From Porticoccaceae bacterium (GTDB lineage: Bacteria; Pseudomonadota; Gammaproteobacteria; Pseudomonadales; Porticoccaceae), in the NCBI GenBank assembly GCA_029268475.1, contig JAQWNR010000022.1, positions 29,882 to 93,881 on the forward strand: a stretch of 64,000 nt of DNA, written 5' to 3'. Below, piece by piece: positions 10,733 to 19,527 of the stretch; position 1 is the stretch's first letter; every line of letters starts with the position of its first letter. The position numbers and the translations under genes were made by a program. Under the pieces are notes generated by a model, which made no database searches, was not told the origin of the DNA, and saw nothing but the letters and a program-made list of their open reading frames with translations.

Positions 10733-11373
10733 TGGATATGCCTGATGCACTACTGCAGCCCTCGCTGATGGCAAAACGCTTTCGCGGGTTTTTGCCTGTC
10801 GTAGTGGATGTTGAAACCGGCGGCTTTAATGCTGACACCAATGCGTTATTGGAGATTGCCGCGGTTATTTTAGAGATGGATGAGCAGGGTAATCTGCAAA
10901 TCAAAGAGAGTTACAGTAAAAATATAGAGCCCTTTCCCGGCGCGGTGGTTGAGCAAGCAGCACTGGAATTTACTGGTATTGATATTTATGACCCTGAACG
11001 GGAGCCCGAGGAGGAGAGCGAAGCACTGCGCGAAATATTTAGGCCGATTCGCAAAGAGGTCAGTGATACCGGCTGCACCAGAGCTATTATGGTGGCCCAT
11101 AATGCCCACTTTGATCTAGGTTTTGTCAATGCAGCAATTAACCGCAATCAGATTAAACGCAGCCCTTTCCACCCCTTTTCTTGTTTTGATACTTCCAGTT
11201 TGGCTGGATTGGCCTATGGTCAGACAGTACTGGCGAAAGCTTGCCAAGCGGCAGATATTGAATTTAATAACCGCGATGCCCACAGTGCCCTTTACGATAC
11301 GATAAAAACAGCCGAACTATTTTGCAAAATAGTTAATCGCTGGAAAGCGTTAGGCGGCTGGCCCATCGCCTAA
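10732..11373 (+). CDS. rnt: Ribonuclease T
   Basis: 213 aa. It has the DEDDh exonuclease motifs [16 protein letters not shown] and [10 protein letters not shown] and HSALYD. The TAATG junction overlaps the pyrC stop. Confidence 0.9.
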   Translation: MDMPDALLQPSLMAKRFRGFLPVVVDVETGGFNADTNALLEIAAVILEMDEQGNLQIKESYSKNIEPFPGAVVEQAALEFTGIDIYDPEREPEEESEALREIFRPIRKEVSDTGCTRAIMVAHNAHFDLGFVNAAINRNQIKRSPFHPFSCFDTSSLAGLAYGQTVLAKACQAADIEFNNRDAHSALYDTIKTAELFCKIVNRWKALGGWPIA

Positions 11374-11383
11374 ATTAGGCAGC

Positions 11384-12814
11384 TTATTTTTTTAGCCAGA
11401 AATCGGCTTTTTCAATACCAACTTTTTGCGGGTCAAACACTGGATCCAAGCCTTGCTGCAGTTGCTGTTCATAATCGCTTAACGCCAACATCGCCGGCTT
11501 CTGCAGAATAAGAATTGCGATAATATTTAACCAAGCCATAAGACCGACACCAATATCACCCAATGCCCAAGCAATATTGGCACTCTTTAAGCCGCCATAC
11601 ATCACCGAAGTAAGTACCAGAGCCTTGAGAAATAACACCAACCAAGGGCGATGAACCTTGCGATTAATAAACATAACATTGGTTTCAGCAATGTAGTAGT
11701 AGGCAATCACTGTAGTGAAAGCAAAAAACAACAATGAAATAGCTAAAATACCACTGCCAAAGCCCGGTAGCACCGTATCAAAGGCACTCTGTACATAGGC
11801 GGGACCCGCTTCATAACCTGATAGACCCTCATACAACATAACTCCCTCTGCACCCTGCACATTGTACAGACCAGTCATTAAGATCATAAAGGCGGTTGCC
11901 GTACAGATTAATAGCGTATCAACATAAACAGAAAAGGACTGCACCAAGCCCTGCTTGGCGGGATGCGATACCTCAGCCGCTGCCGCAGCATGCGGCGCAG
12001 TACCCTGACCTGCTTCATTAGAGTAAACGCCGCGCTTAACTCCCCATTGCACCGCCATGCCAATAATGGCACCGAAGCCTGCATCCAGACCAAATGCGCT
12101 ATTAATAATTAGCGTCACCACTGCTGGGAACTGCCCTATATTGGCGGCCATTACCATAAAAGCAATGACGATATAGCCGAGCGCCATAAATGGCACCACC
12201 ACTTGGGTAAAGTGGGCAATTCGCTTCACACCACCAAAGATAATTAAGGCAACGCCGAGGGCAATAAATGATGCGGTGGCTAATGGCGGCACCGACCAGG
12301 CATTATCCATCGCTGCAACAATACTATTAGCCTGAATACCCGGAAGGCAGAAACCCACGGCAATAATGGTAGACGCCGCAAATAGCCAAGCGTACCAGTT
12401 CTGCCCCATGGCTTTTTCAATATAGTAGGCGGGGCCACCACGGTATTCGCCATTATCGTCTTTTTCTTTATAGATCTGGGCCAGGGTGGCCTCTACATAA
12501 GCGGTCGATGCCCCCAAAAACGCCACCATCCACATCCAGAACACAGCACCGGGGCCACCCATGGCAATGGCCGTGGCGACACCGGCAATATTCCCTGTGC
12601 CCACGCGACCGGACAGTGACATGGCCAGTGCTTGAAAAGAGGAGACACCGGAGTCAGAACTGCGCCCTTGGAACATCAATGTGAGCATATGGCGGAAGTG
12701 CCGTACCTGCAGAAATCGGGTGCGCAGGGAAAAATACAGTCCCGTGCCCAGACATAAATAGATAAGTGCTGAACTCCAGATAATACTATTGAGTTGACCT
12801 AGCAACGCTTCCAA
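11384..12814 (-). CDS. Alanine/glycine:cation symporter (AGCS family), copy 1
   Basis: 476 aa polytopic protein with SFQALAMSLSGRVGTGNIAGVATAI and GGPGAVFWMW signatures. It uses a TTG start preceded by AGGGGA, 18 nt after the FHA gene stop. Confidence 0.85.
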   Translation of the reverse strand: MEALLGQLNSIIWSSALIYLCLGTGLYFSLRTRFLQVRHFRHMLTLMFQGRSSDSGVSSFQALAMSLSGRVGTGNIAGVATAIAMGGPGAVFWMWMVAFLGASTAYVEATLAQIYKEKDDNGEYRGGPAYYIEKAMGQNWYAWLFAASTIIAVGFCLPGIQANSIVAAMDNAWSVPPLATASFIALGVALIIFGGVKRIAHFTQVVVPFMALGYIVIAFMVMAANIGQFPAVVTLIINSAFGLDAGFGAIIGMAVQWGVKRGVYSNEAGQGTAPHAAAAAEVSHPAKQGLVQSFSVYVDTLLICTATAFMILMTGLYNVQGAEGVMLYEGLSGYEAGPAYVQSAFDTVLPGFGSGILAISLLFFAFTTVIAYYYIAETNVMFINRKVHRPWLVLFLKALVLTSVMYGGLKSANIAWALGDIGVGLMAWLNIIAILILQKPAMLALSDYEQQLQQGLDPVFDPQKVGIEKADFWLKK

Positions 12815-12832
12815 GATGATTCCCCTGTGTCA

Positions 12833-13783
12833 TTATTCTATGCTTTTATCTGCTCTGGCGAACAGATCATCGGCACTGTTTAAAAACGCATCACCAGAGC
12901 GGCCGCTGGCAAAAAGTAATGCGGGCGGCTGTAGTGTACTCGAATACTCTGGGAATGGGGAAAACTCTCCCCAACGTCTCATTTCTACCACCAATCCGAT
13001 AGTCACCAGCAAGCCGACACAGCATGCGCTGGTTATCCAGCGGGAGCGCACACTGAGATTGGTGGCCAAGGCTAAATTAGCACTGAACAGCACAAAGACG
13101 ATAGCCAATGACGTCAACCGTTGTATATGCTCGCCAAACAGTAGCAGGTTAACATTGTAATTGAGCGTCACCAGCAGCCAGTCAGTTGCCGAGAATAATA
13201 GGGTCGCCAGCAATAACAAGCTGTACTGCCCTAGCAGGTGCGATTCATGCCGAATCAACCGTCCAACCAGCGCCCAAAACAATGCACCGGCCAAAATAAC
13301 CAGCTGGGCACCCAACAGCATGGGAATAACATTTTTCCACTCCCATGCCACCGCGGTGGTGACATAAATAGCGAGTAACTCGGTGATAAATACCGCAATA
13401 AATAATGGCAACCAGATTGCCAGACGATTGAGTCGACTGGACTCTAACTCTAATCGATGTAGCAGTTTGGTCTGTTCCACCGCATGATCAGTAGCGACAA
13501 TGCGCAACCGAGTGCGGCCAATTTTTATCTCAGAACCAGAGGCAAAGACCCCGTCAATATCTCCCCGCTTGCAGACCACCTGCACACCATTGAGGCTGTT
13601 TAAATCCTCAATGGCCCAACCCTGGGCCGCGGCAGTCAGTCGCAGATGCTGTGGCGAAATATGGGGATCGGACAGTACAATATCGTTTGTGTAACCACGG
13701 CCTACAGTAACCTCATCAGACTCAACATGAAATCGCTTGCGGCTTTTCCCCGCCCAGCCAAGTATCTCTATCACTACCGCCAT
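12833..13783 (-). CDS. FHA-domain protein with C-terminal polytopic membrane region
   Basis: The N-terminal 100 aa carry FHA signature residues (VTVGRG...SDPHISPQHLRL...NSLNGVQV). About 5-6 hydrophobic helices follow. The start overlaps the upstream protease gene by 10 nt. Confidence 0.75.
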   Translation of the reverse strand: MAVVIEILGWAGKSRKRFHVESDEVTVGRGYTNDIVLSDPHISPQHLRLTAAAQGWAIEDLNSLNGVQVVCKRGDIDGVFASGSEIKIGRTRLRIVATDHAVEQTKLLHRLELESSRLNRLAIWLPLFIAVFITELLAIYVTTAVAWEWKNVIPMLLGAQLVILAGALFWALVGRLIRHESHLLGQYSLLLLATLLFSATDWLLVTLNYNVNLLLFGEHIQRLTSLAIVFVLFSANLALATNLSVRSRWITSACCVGLLVTIGLVVEMRRWGEFSPFPEYSSTLQPPALLFASGRSGDAFLNSADDLFARADKSIE

Positions 13784-15060
13784 TGAGAGACCTCCATAAA
13801 CCTGCGTGCGAACCGGAGACTGTTTTCTCTACTCACGCCAGCCAGTGTAAAGTGACTTATAAAGGCTTTATCACTGTTATCCACGCTACCCTGAAGAAAC
13901 ACAGTGTCATAGAGCCCCGGGTAGTCTTTGTAGGCACGGGTGCACAACACGGTTTTGCTCTGACGTTGGCTGGCACTAGAGATAAAATCATGATCACAGT
14001 GAAACTCACTGACATCATCCTCAGTGGCGCGATTGCCCGGAGCAAAATCACCAAATAGATTTTCATAGACAGCGTAAAACTGCCAGCTGTTGAGCTTATC
14101 GGCCTCGAGCCAGAAAAACTGATACTCCAATATTCCGGTTTCAAATCCTGCATTGAGATAGATATTGTCTTCACTGCGACAACTGCGTTCAGCACTGAGG
14201 AACTGTGCCTTGCTATTGGTATTATTAGAGCCTCCCCAACACTTTACAAATGGGGGTAGTTCCTGCAATACCTGCGCTTGACCCAGTGCGATAGACTGCC
14301 AGTCGGCGGCGAGTAACTGAGTTATTTTTTGCTGTTGATCAGCCTGCAGTTGACTGCCGATATAGTCAGCCAATTCGGTAACCGCGCTACCCCGTTGCTG
14401 ATAATCAACAACCAGTTGTTGCAACCTCGCGGTCGGCACCAGAAAGCTAATTTGATTTCCCGCAGTAGCGACGTTAATGCCAATAACCTGCCCCTGCTGG
14501 TTCAATGTCGGCCCGCCACTCATACCGGAGTTTAACGACCCAGTAAAATGCACTCTAGGGTAGTAAGAGGTGGTATTAATGCCATTGTAGGTGCCCGGAA
14601 CTACAGTTAAACCCAAATCCAATGGGTTACCCAATGCAAAAACCGGTACACCAACTTCAGGTTCAATGCTGGCTAGGGCAATCGGCTGACTGACCATTTG
14701 CTCAGCCTTAACCAGGGCTAAATCATTAATCACATCGACATCAACCAGTGTCAGCACACCCGCCTGATTAGTTTCCGTAAGATATTCAATACGGTACTGA
14801 TCGGGCTCGCTGGCAGCTAATTCAATAACATGGTAATTGGTCGCTATCAGGCCGTTATGATCAATGGCAAACCCCGAACCTATAGCGCTTTTGCTACCCG
14901 AGGTCAGATCAATCAGTCGAATCTGTAATATGGCGGAGCGGTTTTCAGCAAATAATTGACGAGCGACTTCCACATCTGCAGCAGCAGTAATGGTATTGAA
15001 CAGCAATAGAAAAAAACAGCAGAGCGACAAAGATTGTCTTGTAAGGGTTGGCAAGGACAT
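13774..15060 (-). CDS. Secreted trypsin-like (S1C/DegP-like) serine protease without PDZ, with unknown Cys-containing C-terminal domain
   Basis: The signal peptide is MSLPTLTRQSLSLCCFFLLLFNTITAAA. The triad contexts are ATNYHVI (His), NDLALVK (Asp) and GMSGGPT (Ser). The last roughly 210 aa have no motif I recognise. The longest ORF starts at 15096. Confidence 0.75.
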   Translation of the reverse strand: MSLPTLTRQSLSLCCFFLLLFNTITAAADVEVARQLFAENRSAILQIRLIDLTSGSKSAIGSGFAIDHNGLIATNYHVIELAASEPDQYRIEYLTETNQAGVLTLVDVDVINDLALVKAEQMVSQPIALASIEPEVGVPVFALGNPLDLGLTVVPGTYNGINTTSYYPRVHFTGSLNSGMSGGPTLNQQGQVIGINVATAGNQISFLVPTARLQQLVVDYQQRGSAVTELADYIGSQLQADQQQKITQLLAADWQSIALGQAQVLQELPPFVKCWGGSNNTNSKAQFLSAERSCRSEDNIYLNAGFETGILEYQFFWLEADKLNSWQFYAVYENLFGDFAPGNRATEDDVSEFHCDHDFISSASQRQSKTVLCTRAYKDYPGLYDTVFLQGSVDNSDKAFISHFTLAGVSRENSLRFARRFMEVSQWR

Positions 15061-15144
15061 ACTCCAGTAACAGGTAAAACAACAGCCTATGAGCAATTTT
15101 GGTCGATTTGTGTACGAAACGCTAACAATTACAAGATCATTTAT

Positions 15145-15993
15145 CTATTTGTCCTGCAAACTAAGCCCGATTTGATACAGTTGCTTTTTATCACCGCCTG
15201 TTATTTTGGCGGTGACAGAGGCCGCTTTGGCCAATGGCAGTTCCTTGAGCAATAAACTCAGTATCTTTTCAGCATCGACAGAGACAGTATCCATTGCATC
15301 TTCATAACCACCGATTGCCAACACAATCTCGCCACGCTGCTGATTGCTATCTGCCTGCACTTGATCGAGTACCTCAGCGACAGTGCCGTGCAGATAGGTT
15401 TCAAATGTCTTAGTGATTTCACGCGCCATAAAAGCGGGTCGCTCAGGACCCAATACCGCCACCATATCGACCAGAGTATCAGTGATACGATGTGGTGCCT
15501 CATAACAAACTAGCGTTTCAGTGGTCGTTTTTAAGTCTTTCAGTGCGCTTAGACGCTGACTATTTTTCGCCGGCAAAAAGCCGATAAATTTAAATTTGTC
15601 GGTGGGCAATCCAGCGACACTGAGCGCAGCGATAACCGCACTGGCACCAGGAATGGGTATCACGCTAATACCTTGAGAGCGCGCCTCAGCCACTAACCTG
15701 TAACCAGGATCGGAAATCAATGGCGTGCCGGCATCTGAAATCAACGCAACATCGTCACCAGCAGCCAGTCTTTTGATCAGGTTACCACTGGATCTTTTGT
15801 CCGTGTGATCATGATAGGCGACACAGGGTTTATCGATATTAAAGTGGTCGAGTAGTTTTTTGCTATGGCGAGTATCCTCGCAGGCGATTACACTGACTTC
15901 ATTGAGTGTCGCTATGGCTCGGGGTACCATATCACCCAGATTGCCTATGGGTGTGGCGACTATATACAACGTACCGGATTGAAGAGAATTCAT
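15145..15993 (-). CDS. rsmI: 16S rRNA (cytidine1402-2'-O)-methyltransferase
   Basis: 282 aa. The N-terminus GTLYIVATPIGNLGDM and the tetrapyrrole-methylase fold are as in E. coli RsmI. It is divergent from lpoA, as in the E. coli yraL-yraM arrangement. Confidence 0.9.
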   Translation of the reverse strand: MNSLQSGTLYIVATPIGNLGDMVPRAIATLNEVSVIACEDTRHSKKLLDHFNIDKPCVAYHDHTDKRSSGNLIKRLAAGDDVALISDAGTPLISDPGYRLVAEARSQGISVIPIPGASAVIAALSVAGLPTDKFKFIGFLPAKNSQRLSALKDLKTTTETLVCYEAPHRITDTLVDMVAVLGPERPAFMAREITKTFETYLHGTVAEVLDQVQADSNQQRGEIVLAIGGYEDAMDTVSVDAEKILSLLLKELPLAKAASVTAKITGGDKKQLYQIGLSLQDK

Positions 15994-17836
15994 GAATAAA
16001 CGCTTTTTGCTATTAGTTGCTTACGCTGGGTGCATCTTAGCCTTTATTAGTGGCTGTGCGCCAACCACAACAGTGGAAACTGTGTCTGCGCCGGTCAGTC
16101 AAATTGAATCAACTGACAGCTCAACACTCAGCCGGGCACAGAATCTTTTGCAACAGGCGCAAACTGACCAACAGCCCGATGGCCTATTACTCGACGCTGC
16201 CACGCTGTTTTTAGCTGCTGGCGATGCCCAAGCCAGCCAAGAAGCTCTACTAACCGTTGATGCGCAGCAACTCAGTAATCTCGACTATAGCCGGTACATT
16301 ATATTACAGGCCCGCTGTAGTCTGGCGCTTAACAATGCCGCTGACGCCTTCGATTATATACAGCAGCAACGGTTTCTTGATATCAGCGCGGCCTTTGATG
16401 CAGAACGGCAACGACAAACCATTCAGCTGCAAGCTGAAATTGATCGAGCTCTGGGTAACGTAGAACAGTCGCTGCAACAGTATATTCGCTTGGCCGCGCT
16501 TAGCAGAGGGCAAAAAAATACCCGGGCTGTGCACGACCAATTATGGTTCCAGTTGAATATGCAGCCATTTAGCTATTTACAACAGGGGCAAAATCACAGT
16601 GACAATGCACTGGCCGGTTGGCTGCAACTGGCAGAACTACACCGGCGCTATCAGCTCAATCACAGTGCCCATCAACTGGCTTACAATGACTGGCGGCAAC
16701 GCTGGAGAACCCACCCTGCCGCAAAGGTGCCGCCATCGGCGATCATAAACTATCACAAATCCGCGTCGACACCTCAACAGATAGGTCTGCTACTGCCACT
16801 GCAGGGCCAGTATGAGACGCCCAGTTATACCTTGCTCGATGGTTTTATGAGCGCCTACTATCATTTATTGGCGCAGGATCAGCAAACTGATGAAACCATG
16901 CCTGAAATACGCCTCTATGACAGTAGCGCTGAATCTATGGCGAAAGCATATAATGATGCCATAGAGGATGGTGCGGATATTATTATTGGGCCCATGCGCC
17001 GCTCTGAAGTCGAGAGTCTGCTACCTCTTGAAGCCCTGCCTGTACCCACGATTAGTCTCAATCGTATCGACAGTGATAATCAATCACAGCCGCAAAATCT
17101 CTATCAATTTGGTTTATCTCCATTAGATGAAGTACGCCACATTGCCGATCGCGCCTGGCTGAAGAATCAACGCAATGTCTTGGTCGTGGCCCCTGATAAT
17201 GGTTGGGGCAATAGAGCCACGGCCTTTTTCAATAAATACTGGCATCGCAAAGGGGGCACTGTTTTAAGTCAGGTCAGCTACCCAGCAGCGATAAAAGACT
17301 TCACACCCCTATTAAAGCCGCCGTTGCAAATTGATCTCAGTGAAGAGCGTGGACGCCAGCTTAAACGCTTTATTAACAGCCGCATTCAATTTGATGTCCG
17401 GCGTCGTCAAGATATCGACTTAGTCATCGTTTTGGGCTATCCAGTGGTGGCGCGGCAGATTAAACCGGCATTGGATTTTCTCTATGCCTCAGATCTTCCG
17501 GTCGTCGCTACTTCGCATATTTATAATGGCAGCCAACAAGTCAGTCTTGATCGAGATTTATCCCGCGTAGAGTTCAGTGCCATGCCCTGGACTCTGCAGG
17601 GGCAATTGGTCAATAGCCTACAACCTGATGAGCGACTACATACTGCTTACCGACATCTTTATGCCGTAGGTCACGATGCTTTTTTACTGCATAAAAATAT
17701 TAATCATCTGCAATCTGACAATGCCCTGCCATTGTTTGGCGCTACCGGAATGCTGAGTCTCCAGAGTGGCATGGTTGTGCGTCAGCCAAAATGGGCTGTA
17801 TTTCAACGGGGAAAAGTAAGGGAAATTCAACCATAG
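15992..17836 (+). CDS. lpoA: Penicillin-binding protein activator LpoA (lipoprotein)
   Basis: 614 aa with lipobox LAFISGC, an N-terminal TPR-like region and a C-terminal periplasmic-binding-protein-like domain. It shows conserved synteny with rsmI/yraN/diaA/dolP. Confidence 0.85.
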   Translation: MNKRFLLLVAYAGCILAFISGCAPTTTVETVSAPVSQIESTDSSTLSRAQNLLQQAQTDQQPDGLLLDAATLFLAAGDAQASQEALLTVDAQQLSNLDYSRYIILQARCSLALNNAADAFDYIQQQRFLDISAAFDAERQRQTIQLQAEIDRALGNVEQSLQQYIRLAALSRGQKNTRAVHDQLWFQLNMQPFSYLQQGQNHSDNALAGWLQLAELHRRYQLNHSAHQLAYNDWRQRWRTHPAAKVPPSAIINYHKSASTPQQIGLLLPLQGQYETPSYTLLDGFMSAYYHLLAQDQQTDETMPEIRLYDSSAESMAKAYNDAIEDGADIIIGPMRRSEVESLLPLEALPVPTISLNRIDSDNQSQPQNLYQFGLSPLDEVRHIADRAWLKNQRNVLVVAPDNGWGNRATAFFNKYWHRKGGTVLSQVSYPAAIKDFTPLLKPPLQIDLSEERGRQLKRFINSRIQFDVRRRQDIDLVIVLGYPVVARQIKPALDFLYASDLPVVATSHIYNGSQQVSLDRDLSRVEFSAMPWTLQGQLVNSLQPDERLHTAYRHLYAVGHDAFLLHKNINHLQSDNALPLFGATGMLSLQSGMVVRQPKWAVFQRGKVREIQP

Positions 17837-17862
17837 AGCGCAATTGGCAAGGGATGGCTTGA

Positions 17863-18261
17863 TTGAAGAGAAAAACAACTGGGATTAATCGAACCGCGAC
17901 ATCAACGCTGTCTGGCACTGAGGCAGAAACGCTAGCCTGCAAGCATCTGCAAAAGCACGGGCTAAAACTGTTAGAGCGAAACTTCGCTACCCGCCGCGGA
18001 GAAATCGACGTAATAATGCAGGATAGATCCTGTCTTGTGTTTGTCGAAGTGAGATTCCGTCACTCGGCAAGCTATGGCAGTGCAGAGGAATCCATTACCC
18101 AGCGTAAATGCCAACGCCTTAAGGCCGCCGCGTTAGCCTACCTGCAACAAGGAACTCAGGGAATCAATGTTGAAACGCGGTTTGACGCGGTAGCAATAAG
18201 TCCAGATTGTACACATAGGGGGAACTTTGCTATCAACTGGGTGCAAAATATTTTAATCTAG
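17863..18261 (+). CDS. yraN: YraN-family (UPF0102) endonuclease-like protein
   Basis: 132 aa with GTEAETLACKHLQKHGLKLLERNFATRRGEIDVIMQD and VFVEVRFR motifs. It uses a TTG start. Confidence 0.85.
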   Translation: MKRKTTGINRTATSTLSGTEAETLACKHLQKHGLKLLERNFATRRGEIDVIMQDRSCLVFVEVRFRHSASYGSAEESITQRKCQRLKAAALAYLQQGTQGINVETRFDAVAISPDCTHRGNFAINWVQNILI

Positions 18262-18273
18262 TACAGCGCATTA

Positions 18274-18307
18274 TACAGTCCGGTGCAATATACAGCTCGG
18301 TGCAATA
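18274..18307. repeat. Two tandem 17-bp units TACAG(T/C)(C/T)CGGTGCAATA between yraN and diaA
   Basis: Read directly as tacagtccggtgcaata / tacagctcggtgcaata. A degenerate partial copy tacagcgcatta lies just upstream (18262-18273). Confidence 0.8.
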
Positions 18308-18328
18308 CAAGAGACAGTAGCAGTCATT

Positions 18329-18892
18329 ATGGATCAAAAGATTTTTAACCACTTCCAGCAACTTATCGAAACCACCATGGTGGTCGGCGATAGCTTTGCT
18401 GCACCTATGGCTGCTGCCGCAGAAAAAATTAGCGCCGCCCTGCTGGCGGGCAACCGTATATTTAGTTGCGGCGAACAGGCCACCGTGCCGTTAGCCCAAC
18501 TATTTACCGATTACTTGACCACAGGTTATGAGATTGAGCGTCCGGGCTTTCCCGCACTGAATATCAATCAAATTATGGCAACCGGTTTTGGCGCTGAGCG
18601 TTACGCCCATTGCCTGCAAACACAGGGACAAAGTGCCGATCTATTGTTGGTGGTGAGTGCAGGGGGTAATAGCTTGGCACTGATTAGCGCCGTTGAAGTC
18701 GCAATTAGCAAAGGCATGACCATCATTTTACTGTCAGCGCACAATGACGATTTACTATCTGCCACAGTTGGCTACAATGACGTGGAAATTAATATGGCAC
18801 AGTTTTACGGGCAACTGGCAAACGCAGCACAGTTTCAAATTATTCAGTGCCTCTGTGCACTGGTAGATCATCAGATATTTGGAGGAGAATAA
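18329..18892 (+). CDS. diaA: SIS-domain protein, DiaA/GmhA-like
   Basis: 187 aa. Its architecture matches E. coli DiaA, and it holds the conserved position between yraN and the BON-domain gene. Confidence 0.75.
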   Translation: MDQKIFNHFQQLIETTMVVGDSFAAPMAAAAEKISAALLAGNRIFSCGEQATVPLAQLFTDYLTTGYEIERPGFPALNINQIMATGFGAERYAHCLQTQGQSADLLLVVSAGGNSLALISAVEVAISKGMTIILLSAHNDDLLSATVGYNDVEINMAQFYGQLANAAQFQIIQCLCALVDHQIFGGE

Positions 18893-19459
18893 ATGCGGCA
18901 ATTAATCGTGCTTTGTATGGGCATTTTGGTACTTGGCGGTTGCACTTCGGTCGTCGATTCCGTGACTAATGAACCCATTGTGGCCGATCCGGCTAGTACC
19001 AGTGCGGGTACCTATTACAATGATAGGAAAATGGACACCTTTATTGGCGTCAATATTAAAAAAGCCCATCCTGATCTCGATGCATCGCATATTAATGTTA
19101 ACGTTGCCAAAGCGGTAGTATTGCTCACAGGTGAGGTACCAAGCCGCGAAATGAAAATATTGGCGGGCGATACAGCAAGGGACTTTACTGGTGTGCGTCT
19201 GGTCCACAATGAATTACAGGTGAGGGGCAAAACCTCGATAGTCTCGCGTACCAATGATTCTATGATCACCGCTAAAATAAAAACCAAACTAGCCTTTGAA
19301 GAACAGGTTAAAGCACTTAATATCGATGTAATCACTGAGGACAGTGTGGTTTACCTTATGGGTACTATCGATAGGGTCAGTGGTGATTTGGCCGCTGATA
19401 TTGCCAGCGCCAGTGGTGGTGTGCGAAAAGTGGTTAAAGTGTTTGAATATATTGACTAA
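18893..19459 (+). CDS. dolP: Dual BON-domain outer-membrane lipoprotein (DolP/YraP)
   Basis: 188 aa with lipobox LVLGGC and two BON domains (VNVAKAVVLLTGEV and VITEDSVVYLMGTI). Confidence 0.85.
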   Translation: MRQLIVLCMGILVLGGCTSVVDSVTNEPIVADPASTSAGTYYNDRKMDTFIGVNIKKAHPDLDASHINVNVAKAVVLLTGEVPSREMKILAGDTARDFTGVRLVHNELQVRGKTSIVSRTNDSMITAKIKTKLAFEEQVKALNIDVITEDSVVYLMGTIDRVSGDLAADIASASGGVRKVVKVFEYID

Positions 19460-19474
19460 GGTATTAACAATAAT

Positions 19475-19508
19475 AAAAAAGCCCTGTTTTTGACAACAGG
19501 GCTTTTTT
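19475..19508. terminator. Bidirectional intrinsic terminator between convergent dolP and the thiolase gene
   Basis: AAAAAA-gccctgtt-tttgac-aacagggc-TTTTTT read directly. It is an 8-bp GC-rich stem flanked by an A-run and a T-run. Confidence 0.85.
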
Positions 19509-19527
19509 ATTCGCTAACAGCTTATTG

